Shown: one piece after another, positions 31,357-40,432 of the stretch
Numbering within the stretch: position 1 is the stretch's first letter
How the letters are laid out: each line of letters begins with the position of its first letter
IMG/VR virus record: IMGVR_UViG_3300028048_000112
Coordinates: 1 to 64,000 of that record
Length of the DNA: 64,000 bases
From: a virus
Lineage: Duplodnaviria > Caudoviricetes
Reading direction: 5' to 3' (one strand)
Position numbers and translations under genes: made by a program
Notes under the pieces: model-generated
The model's input: the letters and a program-made list of their open reading frames with translations, nothing else
What the model was told of the DNA's origin: nothing
Databases searched by the model: none

Positions 31357-31650
31357 TTACATTTCCCTAGTTACCTTAAGGAATTTGAATTCGCAATCTG
31401 GCGGCAGGGTTGTAGCACCTTCTGGCAGGCGGCCTTTTCTTAGCTGGGCCACGTACAGAATTTCTCCAGGTTCTATTTTTACATTGATACGATTGGGCTC
31501 ATAACCGAACACATGAGCCGTGTCGGCATGTCCAATTGCGGACTCCAATCCTTTTGGAAATTCTGCAACCTCTTCGATCAAAACGCGAGCAGGAAACTGA
31601 TCAATCATCTGAAGGCTGAATGCATTGCAAATATAAACTTTCTTTTCCAT
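31357..31650 (-). CDS. acrIII-1: AcrIII-1 viral ring nuclease (DUF1874/STIV B116 family), type III anti-CRISPR
   Basis: KVYICNAFSLQM, SAIGH41, PNR54, LYVAQ and GR74LPE77G match, in order, the family motifs I recall from SIRV1 gp29 (YLANAFS, SIGH, NR, LYVVQ, RLEEG). Confidence 0.85.
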   Translation of the reverse strand: MEKKVYICNAFSLQMIDQFPARVLIEEVAEFPKGLESAIGHADTAHVFGYEPNRINVKIEPGEILYVAQLRKGRLPEGATTLPPDCEFKFLKVTREM

Positions 31651-31743
31651 AATAATACTCCTTGGCTACTTTATCCAATGTGGGCCTCGTAACCTGAGGG
31701 GTGTATGGTTTTCTCTCCATACCACTTTACTATCTACTATTAT

Positions 31744-31779
31744 TATAATATATAAGTGAAAAGGGTGGTTGAACAGAAA
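31744..31779 (-). promoter_or_regulatory. Bipartite early promoter of acrIII-1
   Basis: Minus strand TTTCTGTT-N16-TTATATATTATA. Confidence 0.65.
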
Positions 31780-31816
31780 ATATAAACAGGGCCTTGTGAC
31801 CCTGTTTATTAATACT

Positions 31817-34033
31817 TTATGCCCAAGCGAAAGATTGTTTGAATAATGAATGAGGATCATTAGAAGTATCACGTTTTTCAATAACTTCAGCTTCTTTTTT
31901 CTCAGGTTCATCATCATCGAATACATAAGTTCCATCATCTCTGGTTTTACCATATTCTGGAGCATCATTAATGTATTCATCAGCAATCTTATCTACAATA
32001 ATGTCTTCTTCTTTAATCTTAGGAGAAGCATCATAATTTGTTAAATAATCCTCTGCTCCATAAGAAGTCTCTTCAGTTTCGAAACCACTTTGACCAAGAG
32101 CATTATCCATAGCAAGTTTAATTCTGTTTGTTACATGGGCATTATCTCTATCCCTATTTCTTAAATCTTTTTCTATAGATTTGAGTTTACCTCTATCGCC
32201 AAATACGTAATCCATCATAGCTCTATCAGAACCTCCATAAGCATAATTATTTAATTCATCCAATTCTTCTGTAGTATAATTTCCGTCGAGATTAGAATTG
32301 AAATAAATCAAATCCATATATTTACTCTTAGATTTACAATACATAATGAACCATCTACAGTAAAGATATGCTATAAGAAGGTCATCGTGTCCACCGTTTT
32401 GTTTATGATCTATACGGCCATTTTTATCGGTAATCAAACCTGCAATTTCGTCAATAATTGTTTTATCATGTATCTTATTACCATGCTCAAAGATAGACAC
32501 ACGGATTACATCTCCATACATCAACTTACGCAAATTATGAACCATAGATACACCAAGACGTTCATCTTTTTCATCTTTGTATATTCTAGATTGACTCATA
32601 TTTTCTGCAATAATTTCTGTTACAGGCAAACCAGTGTAGTTTCTTTCTGGAATAAGTACACTCTTTGGAAACAAATATGTTAAAATATATGCAACTGCTC
32701 TACCAAAACGTATAATAGAGAACTGATTACATCTCATAGTGAATACAACTTCAGAATTAGTAACATCTACACCAACTAATGTAGAAAAGTCTCGTCTATT
32801 ATTACCAGAACAGTCCATACCAAACACAATGTGATGTGATTGTGAACGTAATAGATCGGGATCTCTATAGAACTTACAAACATAAATTCTATCAACCATG
32901 ATAATACGTACTGGATCCATACCAGTTTTCATAAGTTCTTGAATACGTTCCTGACCCAATGGGTGGTCACTATTAGAATCTGTCCAATGGTTAAGAATAC
33001 CACGTTCAAATTCATCCATACCAGCCATTTCACGTCTTTGTTCTTCAAGATATGTTTCTGGTTTACCCAACTCATACCATTGGTACTCAATTCTTAAAAA
33101 GAATTTACCATGGTTATTATTCTGAATATATTCTTGAACAGCATCTTTATCTATACCAATATAATTACCATACTGATCGGTTACAGCGCAATCGTAAAGG
33201 AGTTCTGTAAATGGTGCACAATCATTGAAAAACTGATATGCCCATCCACCGCTTTTAGATTTTTTATTAGCAGCAGTAGTGGTAATAATAATATGGTGAT
33301 GAGATCCATTACGTTCTGCAGCTTTTGAAACTGTAGAATATGCAGGAATAGCAGCACCATACTGTACCCAAATATATGGAATAAAAGCAAACTCATCATA
33401 CCATTGACCCATAGTAGAAGCACCACGACCTACATTGTTTGCAGATTCTTCATTATTGCCTGGACTACGAGTAGTAATAGTATTAGAATATTCACCTGTT
33501 CTATAAATAATCGAATGTACGTTATCTGTATCTAAATTGGATTTTAGATTAAGATATGACGGAAGCGATTCTCTAACATCTTTTACACGAGATAAATTCT
33601 GTGTTACAAGAGTATCATTCTGTGCAAAAAATGCAGCATTAAAGTTTTTAGCTCCCCAATATATAATCCAAGAATAAAAACAAGCAACTGTATAAGATTT
33701 ATAACACTGACGAGGAATAACTACATATGAGTGCAAGTCATTTATCAATGTCCATAAAATTGCCAATGTTGCTCTAGTTAATTCAAAATCCAGTTTAATA
33801 TCAGTCATTGGAATTTTGACTATTTCTCGGAAATAATACCAAGGATTTTTACTTATTTCTATATGAACTCTAAGTTTTTGTTCGTTTGTTAAAGAATCTT
33901 CGTCTAATGGATCAATATCTAACAAAGTTTCATCATAAAGCTGTAAAAAGAATGTATTATTTTTAATTCCCATTTCTTTGAGAATATAATGCATTCTTAA
34001 GAACGAAACGTTCTTTGTATTGTATTGTAGCAT
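31817..34033 (-). CDS. terL: Terminase large subunit
   Basis: Walker A IPRQCYKS, Walker B QWYDEFAF, coupling motif IITTTA, and nuclease residues FGMDCSG and GGHDDLL. Confidence 0.9.
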   Translation of the reverse strand: MLQYNTKNVSFLRMHYILKEMGIKNNTFFLQLYDETLLDIDPLDEDSLTNEQKLRVHIEISKNPWYYFREIVKIPMTDIKLDFELTRATLAILWTLINDLHSYVVIPRQCYKSYTVACFYSWIIYWGAKNFNAAFFAQNDTLVTQNLSRVKDVRESLPSYLNLKSNLDTDNVHSIIYRTGEYSNTITTRSPGNNEESANNVGRGASTMGQWYDEFAFIPYIWVQYGAAIPAYSTVSKAAERNGSHHHIIITTTAANKKSKSGGWAYQFFNDCAPFTELLYDCAVTDQYGNYIGIDKDAVQEYIQNNNHGKFFLRIEYQWYELGKPETYLEEQRREMAGMDEFERGILNHWTDSNSDHPLGQERIQELMKTGMDPVRIIMVDRIYVCKFYRDPDLLRSQSHHIVFGMDCSGNNRRDFSTLVGVDVTNSEVVFTMRCNQFSIIRFGRAVAYILTYLFPKSVLIPERNYTGLPVTEIIAENMSQSRIYKDEKDERLGVSMVHNLRKLMYGDVIRVSIFEHGNKIHDKTIIDEIAGLITDKNGRIDHKQNGGHDDLLIAYLYCRWFIMYCKSKSKYMDLIYFNSNLDGNYTTEELDELNNYAYGGSDRAMMDYVFGDRGKLKSIEKDLRNRDRDNAHVTNRIKLAMDNALGQSGFETEETSYGAEDYLTNYDASPKIKEEDIIVDKIADEYINDAPEYGKTRDDGTYVFDDDEPEKKEAEVIEKRDTSNDPHSLFKQSFAWA

Positions 34034-34102
34034 ATATAGAATAGTTTTATATTATAAAGTAAACGTATCACATTTTTATATAATTTGTATGAGGTTTGAT
34101 TT

Positions 34103-34921
34103 ATGCCAGCATTAAATTACGATAATTTTATGCAACCTATGAAAGGACAGGCTGCATTTTCTCTAAGAGGCAAACTTGAAGAATATAAAAAACTTTATTT
34201 CGAATTATATGCTAAAGAATTATTAGTTTCTTGTGTATATAATAAACGATATGATAGATTCACTTTCTTTTTCAAACTTCCTAGTGCAGAAAATGATAAA
34301 TATCCTACTGCAATTATGTACGATATTGTCATCGAGTTTGATCCGAATAAAAAACTAAAGGACGCTTTGAAAAATTCTGCATCTATTAAGGATTATGATA
34401 TTTATATTTATTCTAATTCTCCTAGTTTTGTGTTTACATTTGATTATGTAGTAAAACACAGATATGGATTCCCACATTGTATACCATATAGTCATTTGAG
34501 CAAAGTTGCTGTAACCCAAGCCCCTGAAATAAGAAATACGTTTGAATTAATGACTGTTGAGAAAACAACTTGGATGTGTTTCTATCATTTGGTCTATAAT
34601 GGGTATATAAATAATAAAGAATTAGCTAAATCTCTTTCTATTCCTGGAAAAGATGAAAGTTTCTATATGAGACGTGTAGAAACTCAACCAAGAAAGCTGA
34701 AAGAGATAAAAGAACTTCACGAGATGATGAAAGAAGCAAAAGCTAAACAAAAAGCCGAAAAAAATAAAGGATTAGTAAAAGATTATGCTAAGCAACCTAA
34801 TCCTATGGCTTATTCTTTCAAAATGACAGATCGTAAAGAAAGATCATTAATGAAGTTTAATGATAAAAATAATTTTAAAAAGACTATGCATCAAGGATTT
34901 AGATTTGGAGGAAAGAAATAA
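34103..34921 (+). CDS. Hypothetical protein (late)
   Basis: 272 aa; late motif at 34069-34080. Confidence 0.7.
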   Translation: MPALNYDNFMQPMKGQAAFSLRGKLEEYKKLYFELYAKELLVSCVYNKRYDRFTFFFKLPSAENDKYPTAIMYDIVIEFDPNKKLKDALKNSASIKDYDIYIYSNSPSFVFTFDYVVKHRYGFPHCIPYSHLSKVAVTQAPEIRNTFELMTVEKTTWMCFYHLVYNGYINNKELAKSLSIPGKDESFYMRRVETQPRKLKEIKELHEMMKEAKAKQKAEKNKGLVKDYAKQPNPMAYSFKMTDRKERSLMKFNDKNNFKKTMHQGFRFGGKK

Positions 34922-35751
34922 TGCTTGAAAATATTATTGATGATAACGAAAACGCTGTAGAAATGGCTACAAGCGAAACACAACAAACCGAAATAGCCAA
35001 TCAGGCTATTCAGGAGTACATAGATGCTATACGCTCTCAAGCAGAATCTTGTATAAGAAAACCTGTAGAAGATGATTATTTTGAATCGTTTGCTAATGGA
35101 TTTTTAAAAATACCTGCTGAAGAGTTCTATGATTCTGCATATATTACAGATGATAAACTATCAAGAAATGATAAAGATTACATGACGATGTTTCTTGACG
35201 CAATGAATTACACATTCGAAATGAATTTCGGTATAAAATTGCTTGAACCTACATCTGGTATGCTTTATTCATTATATAAGATATTTATTACGAATTTCTC
35301 AGACTTTTTCTTGAATTATATATGCGGATTACAGAAACTTGATAGTTTGTACGAAGAAGATATTCCTAACTGGGAAGAACTTTCTTTCGAAAACTATAAA
35401 AAAATAACGGGAGTAACAACCCCCGCTATTTCTTATAATCTTGTAAATTCATACATAGATCACATAATCGAAAATGGCATTATAGCCGAAAGTTATTTCG
35501 ATATATGTGATCTAGAATCATCAGGTAACGACGATTTGACGTATCTCATGGTAGAAACAGCCAATTACAGGGTCCAGTATGATAATGAATTCTTCAGGAT
35601 TAAACTCGGAAAAATTCTTTCTACGAATGTAATACGCGATTCTATCGTTAATAAACTCGTAGATATACTTGCGCCCAATGAATCCGATGGAAACGTTTCT
35701 ACTGCTTCCCCCGAACTTCTCGACGTAGACGTCACAGAGCATGTCGACTAA
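34921..35751 (+). CDS. Hypothetical acidic protein
   Basis: 276 aa, TAATG-coupled to the upstream gene. Confidence 0.7.
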   Translation: MLENIIDDNENAVEMATSETQQTEIANQAIQEYIDAIRSQAESCIRKPVEDDYFESFANGFLKIPAEEFYDSAYITDDKLSRNDKDYMTMFLDAMNYTFEMNFGIKLLEPTSGMLYSLYKIFITNFSDFFLNYICGLQKLDSLYEEDIPNWEELSFENYKKITGVTTPAISYNLVNSYIDHIIENGIIAESYFDICDLESSGNDDLTYLMVETANYRVQYDNEFFRIKLGKILSTNVIRDSIVNKLVDILAPNESDGNVSTASPELLDVDVTEHVD

Positions 35752-36390
35752 TTGGTCTCTAAGCTCTTCAACGAACGGAATGATTTCAGCTTTATGCTGT
35801 TTAACAAGCTTTCTAACTTTTCTGTTATAAGCTCTTACATTCTTTACAAGGCTCGACATGTTCGGGCTTTGTATATTTTGCTTTATAGCTACTACTGCTT
35901 TATCACCACCATTGTATGCATAAAATGCATACGCATCACCATGTCTTTTATATAGATCGTGATAATAATTAATGGTCATTACCATATAATAGCAATATAC
36001 CGAAGTGATTTTAGATTCATCTTTCGGCTTAAAAGCATTTACAAACCGTTTGTTTTTAAGATTTGAAGAATTCAGTTGAGATGGTCCTAAGTCAACAGAA
36101 CCATTCTTATTAACATGACGAAATGCTGTAAAATTAGCACTTTCGTGAACCATTATTGAATAGAAATTCAAACGAATTTCCGGAAAGTCTTTAGTGTAAT
36201 AAAGAAAAGCTTCAGCATATTCTTCAGGTATAACACTTCTGTAATATTCCTCTTCAAATTCTATGTCAGATTTGATCTGATAAGAGATACAATAAAGATC
36301 ATTTCTGACTCTCTCTGGTACGCCTGATGAAGCGAAAAGATTGCTGATTGTCATGAAAGAGACAATCAGTACCAAAATTAAGTTTTTCAT
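35521..36390 (-). CDS. Lytic transglycosylase (SLT family) with an N-terminal signal peptide
   Basis: IMVHES (catalytic Glu)...NKNGSVDLGPSQLN and AYNGG motifs; MKNLILVLIVSFMTISNLFA is signal-like. Confidence 0.8.
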   Translation of the reverse strand: MKNLILVLIVSFMTISNLFASSGVPERVRNDLYCISYQIKSDIEFEEEYYRSVIPEEYAEAFLYYTKDFPEIRLNFYSIMVHESANFTAFRHVNKNGSVDLGPSQLNSSNLKNKRFVNAFKPKDESKITSVYCYYMVMTINYYHDLYKRHGDAYAFYAYNGGDKAVVAIKQNIQSPNMSSLVKNVRAYNRKVRKLVKQHKAEIIPFVEELRDQLVDMLCDVYVEKFGGSSRNVSIGFIGRKYIYEFINDRIAYYIRRKNFSEFNPEEFIIILDPVIGCFYHEIRQIVVT

Positions 36391-36596
36391 TTCATTTCCC
36401 TCATAAAATTGATGTATATTAGCTTTGTTTGGTGTAATTTAACACTAAACAAACCCCTCACAGTTATAATATATAAATAAAAAAATTAAAATAGGGCATG
36501 CATAAAGCATGCCCTCTCATTTATTATTCATCATTCCTCCTGTATATTTTTATTTTTACTGAACACAATTATGTATTTACTGAATACATTTATACA

Positions 36597-36791
36597 TTAG
36601 CATCCCAGAAACGCATACATTTCTGGTTGAGCTAACCTATGTTCAGACGAACCGAGCATAACCCCATCAAATGGGCTAAACCCGGTTCGTTTGACAAACT
36701 CAGAATATGACAGCAAATCATATCCCGAGGTCAAACCACCATTCTCGTCTGCTACTGGGTAGTAGTAACGAAAAACTTTAGGTTCGGTCAT
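36597..36791 (-). CDS. Small hypothetical protein (early cassette)
   Basis: GGAGG SD and promoter at 36865-36900; a hairpin at about 36822-36853 lies in the leader. Confidence 0.65.
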   Translation of the reverse strand: MTEPKVFRYYYPVADENGGLTSGYDLLSYSEFVKRTGFSPFDGVMLGSSEHRLAQPEMYAFLGC

Positions 36792-37076
36792 TTCGCCTCA
36801 CCTCCTTGTAAAGACGAGATTAAGGAAGAGTGGGGGCGACCACTCTTCCTTTTCTTTACAATATTATAATATACAATTGAATACTCCGTTTTACCAGAAA
36901 GAAGGGTTAAACCCTTCTTTTATTTTATTTTCTATATAACAATAAAATTATCTTCAAAAACCAGTTTTTCAAACATTATAATATATTTAATGATCGAATA
37001 TCACGCCGATATTTCATAGAAATTTCAGGCGGATAAATTGAATATTCAATATAAAACCTAGCTAGGAGGAATCACT

Positions 37077-39173
37077 ATGGCTATAGAAGACAGTGGTTTC
37101 GGCATTAGTAGCATTCAAGTTGTTGACAACTCTATTGCTACCGTTGCTGCTACAACCGCTCTTAACATTCTTCCTTCACTTCATCCTGTTTTCTCATCCG
37201 ACGGTAAAGACAACAAGATTTGTGAAATGAAGAATTTCAATAGTGTATTATCAAACTATGGCTCAGATTTCGCCGACATTAACACATTTGGTCAGCAGAA
37301 TTTGAACGTACAGCAGGTATTCGATGCTGGTGGATCTGGTTATATCTGCCGTCTTATGCCAGCTGACGCAACTTATGCTCATGCCGTTATTAAAGTCGGT
37401 GTACGTAAAGCCGATAACATCCCTGTTTATAAAAGAGATGGATTTGGTGAATACATTCTTGATGAAAATGGAAACAAAGTTCAACTTACTGCAAAACATT
37501 CAGAGACTGTAACCGTTGCTGGTCCTGATGGTGTTGATACTGAGCAGATTGTAGAAACTGAAGTTCCTGTAACTATGTCAGGTTTGGAACTTAAAGTTTT
37601 TGTCGATCATGCTACAAACGAAGAGCTTGCAAAGTATCCTTCACATCGCGCATTGACAACATTCTTTGAACGTAGTGGCACTGATGCTGATGGATATTTC
37701 GTAGTTCCTATGGCATTTGTACGTTATTATGCACGTGGTAAATGTGGTGGAAATTATGGTGTACGCATCATCAATGACTTCTTGAGAGATTCTAAAGTTA
37801 ATGATGGTCGTCGTTATCAGATCTTCCTCGGTAAAAAGACTTCAGCTGGTGTAGAAATTCTTTCAATCGGCAATGGATTGTCATTCTCTTTCAATCCAAA
37901 AGCTCAGATTTCTAAAACAATCAGCACTATTGAATCATTGCAGAAGATTTATCAGAACAACGATGAAAGTCTTCAGGAAAAGCAGATTCAGATTGAACAC
38001 TATATAAACAACTATGACAAATTGATGGCAAAGATTGGTGAAATCTTGTCTGAGGACGATAACCTTACTGAAGGTATCGATCCTGATTACGAACTTCGTC
38101 TTCCTGCAAGTGCTGAAGACGTAGACTTCTTTAATGGTTATGATAAAGAAGGCTATAGGTTCGATAACATTACTGTTGATGCAGATAGTGTTAACTTTAG
38201 CAATTATCAGTTCCTTCAGGGTGGTACTGATGGTGAATTCGAAGGTAAAACTGGTGATGAACTCGAAGCATTGAGAAATTCTATGCTTAAGTCATTCTTT
38301 AGTGGAGATGTTGATACAAACACCTTCATGAATGTTCTTAAGTGCGATGCTGGAATCATGTATGACGCAAACTATCCGTTGGATGTTAAACAGGCTATGG
38401 CCGGTGTTATTAACTATCGTCGTGATATTTGTGCTATTTTTGACTGTGGTTTCACAGAAAATCTCGAAGAAGCAGTTGCTGTTGCTAAGTCTATCAGAAC
38501 ATTTGCTGAATCTATGGATGGTGGCGAAAACTTCGCTATTTGTCCTCACTGTGGTGTAACTGCTGACCGTATTATTAACGTACGTGTTACAGGTACATAC
38601 GAAATGGCTTATGGTATTCATAGACTTTATCGTGTTTCACCATTTGCTATTTATGCTGGTCAGCAGAATGGCGATGCTGGTTGTGTACGTAAGACAATTT
38701 TTGACTGGGTAGTTGAGGAAACGAAGCCTCGTGGATATCAAGAAAAACTTGCTAAACAGAATAACCTCTATTGGGCAGTTGATCTTGGTAAAGCTCTCAG
38801 CACTCCTGCACAGGGTAACTACACAGGTAGAAATGTATACTTCTACAGCAATTCTTCTCTTTATACTGAGAAGATCAGTAAATTGGCAGAATTCCGTAAT
38901 GGTATTCTTGTTAATGACCTTCGTCGTGTTGTTAAACTTATCCTTGTCAAATACACATTTGATAATGATGGTGCTGACGCTGCAATTCAGAAAGCTACAT
39001 CTGAGCTCTCATCTAAGCTTTCTTCAAGGTATCCATCAAATGTTACTATTAACTATAACTTGTACCAGAGCGAACGCGATAAGCTTTTGAATATGGCTAC
39101 ATGTGAGTTGAAAGTAACGTTCCCTGACATTTTCGAAACGTGGACATGTTACATCTACGTAGAGAGAGCTTAA
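37077..39173 (+). CDS. Tail sheath protein
   Basis: 698 aa with a sheath-like C-terminus (YDANYPLDVK, RRDICAIFD, CELKVTFPDIFETWTCYIYV). It precedes the tube and tape measure genes. Late motif at 36972-36983. Confidence 0.8.
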   Translation: MAIEDSGFGISSIQVVDNSIATVAATTALNILPSLHPVFSSDGKDNKICEMKNFNSVLSNYGSDFADINTFGQQNLNVQQVFDAGGSGYICRLMPADATYAHAVIKVGVRKADNIPVYKRDGFGEYILDENGNKVQLTAKHSETVTVAGPDGVDTEQIVETEVPVTMSGLELKVFVDHATNEELAKYPSHRALTTFFERSGTDADGYFVVPMAFVRYYARGKCGGNYGVRIINDFLRDSKVNDGRRYQIFLGKKTSAGVEILSIGNGLSFSFNPKAQISKTISTIESLQKIYQNNDESLQEKQIQIEHYINNYDKLMAKIGEILSEDDNLTEGIDPDYELRLPASAEDVDFFNGYDKEGYRFDNITVDADSVNFSNYQFLQGGTDGEFEGKTGDELEALRNSMLKSFFSGDVDTNTFMNVLKCDAGIMYDANYPLDVKQAMAGVINYRRDICAIFDCGFTENLEEAVAVAKSIRTFAESMDGGENFAICPHCGVTADRIINVRVTGTYEMAYGIHRLYRVSPFAIYAGQQNGDAGCVRKTIFDWVVEETKPRGYQEKLAKQNNLYWAVDLGKALSTPAQGNYTGRNVYFYSNSSLYTEKISKLAEFRNGILVNDLRRVVKLILVKYTFDNDGADAAIQKATSELSSKLSSRYPSNVTINYNLYQSERDKLLNMATCELKVTFPDIFETWTCYIYVERA

Positions 39174-39188
39174 AGGAGTTTTTAGCAT

Positions 39189-40325
39189 ATGAGTTACGTT
39201 CCTCCAACACTGAAATCTTATGAAGGTATAAGTATTGCTGATCCTAACGGTGCCGGATACGGTATTGGTGGCATCAATGGTATGCACCATAACGATCCGG
39301 GTTGGGATAACACCACCGTAGGTATGGCATCTTCTGTATTCGATAACCTTTTGTCTCAGAATGGTGTTCGTACTAACGATCCAAACTATATTGGTGCTCT
39401 TGAACCTATTCGTTCTGGTCGCTTTATTGTAAAGTGGCTTAAACTCCCTACATTCTTCTCACCAACTGCAGCAAAGTATCTCAAGTTCTTCTTGGAAAAT
39501 GCTGTACGTCAGGTTTCAGGTGTTACAGATAGCCAGATTGCTGAAGCTGGTTCAGTAACATTCGGTGCAAACGGACAGGAAATGTCCTTCCCAGGAAACC
39601 TCAAAGAGAATAACAAGAACGTTACACTTACTACTATTACCTGTACTGGTGATGGTCTTGGTAAGCTTATGCGTTATTGGATGTATGGTATAACCGACCC
39701 TCAGACAAACGTACACCACATGTACGGAAAAGACCTTCGCTTCATTCGTCCCAATTACTGCGGTACACTTATGTATATCTTCATGGGACCAACTTGTCGT
39801 CCTGGAGATATTGAGTATGCCTGTATTTGGCATGAAGTATGGCCTACGTCTGGTGATGGTAAAGGTAAATGGGAATCAAATGAAATTGGTTCTGATACTG
39901 CTGTAGGTGAACAGACTGTAGAACTTTCTGGTATTTTCCAGGATGGTCCTGAAGTCAATATCTTGGCAAAGTATATCGTTGCTGGTACTGGTCTTGCTGG
40001 TCAGTCTTACTTTGATCAGATGCTTCCTGCTTATATGTATAATGAATACATCAATAAGCTTCAGTCACCTTCTAACGATGATTCAGAATTCATGTCATCC
40101 TTCTCATTGGCTCAGTCTCAGAAAATGGGTGCAGCCAACGTTGGTGCTGTTTATGGTGCGACTGATGGCGATGGTGCTAAGAAGATCAGAAACGATATCA
40201 CAGGAAAATATGGTATTGATGCTGCTAACTTGCCATCTGCTTCTTTCGACGCAACTAAGATGGTAGCAGAAATTAACGAATTTGGTGTAAACAAGTTCGA
40301 AGATCCTACTTCTTCAAAAAAGTAA
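39189..40325 (+). CDS. Tail tube protein
   Basis: Position after the sheath, tube-fold segments (SGRFIVKW, YACIWHEVWPT) and biased codon use. Confidence 0.7.
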   Translation: MSYVPPTLKSYEGISIADPNGAGYGIGGINGMHHNDPGWDNTTVGMASSVFDNLLSQNGVRTNDPNYIGALEPIRSGRFIVKWLKLPTFFSPTAAKYLKFFLENAVRQVSGVTDSQIAEAGSVTFGANGQEMSFPGNLKENNKNVTLTTITCTGDGLGKLMRYWMYGITDPQTNVHHMYGKDLRFIRPNYCGTLMYIFMGPTCRPGDIEYACIWHEVWPTSGDGKGKWESNEIGSDTAVGEQTVELSGIFQDGPEVNILAKYIVAGTGLAGQSYFDQMLPAYMYNEYINKLQSPSNDDSEFMSSFSLAQSQKMGAANVGAVYGATDGDGAKKIRNDITGKYGIDAANLPSASFDATKMVAEINEFGVNKFEDPTSSKK

Positions 40326-40432
40326 ATTGAGTTTATGATTTTTTTTACACCCAGGATTTATTCCTGGGTGTTTTATATTGATTTATATGGTGAAAATCGA
40401 CATTTTTATATACTTAATAGAGGGTTATTTAT

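Noticed and set aside
31817-34033. Intron or intein in the terminase, often seen in jumbo phages
   Set aside because: The ORF is continuous, the motif spacing is plausible, and there is no C...HN intein signature.
36505-36545. Tiny minus-strand ORF MMNNK behind an AGGAGG
   Set aside because: It has only five codons directly before a terminator, with no evidence of function.
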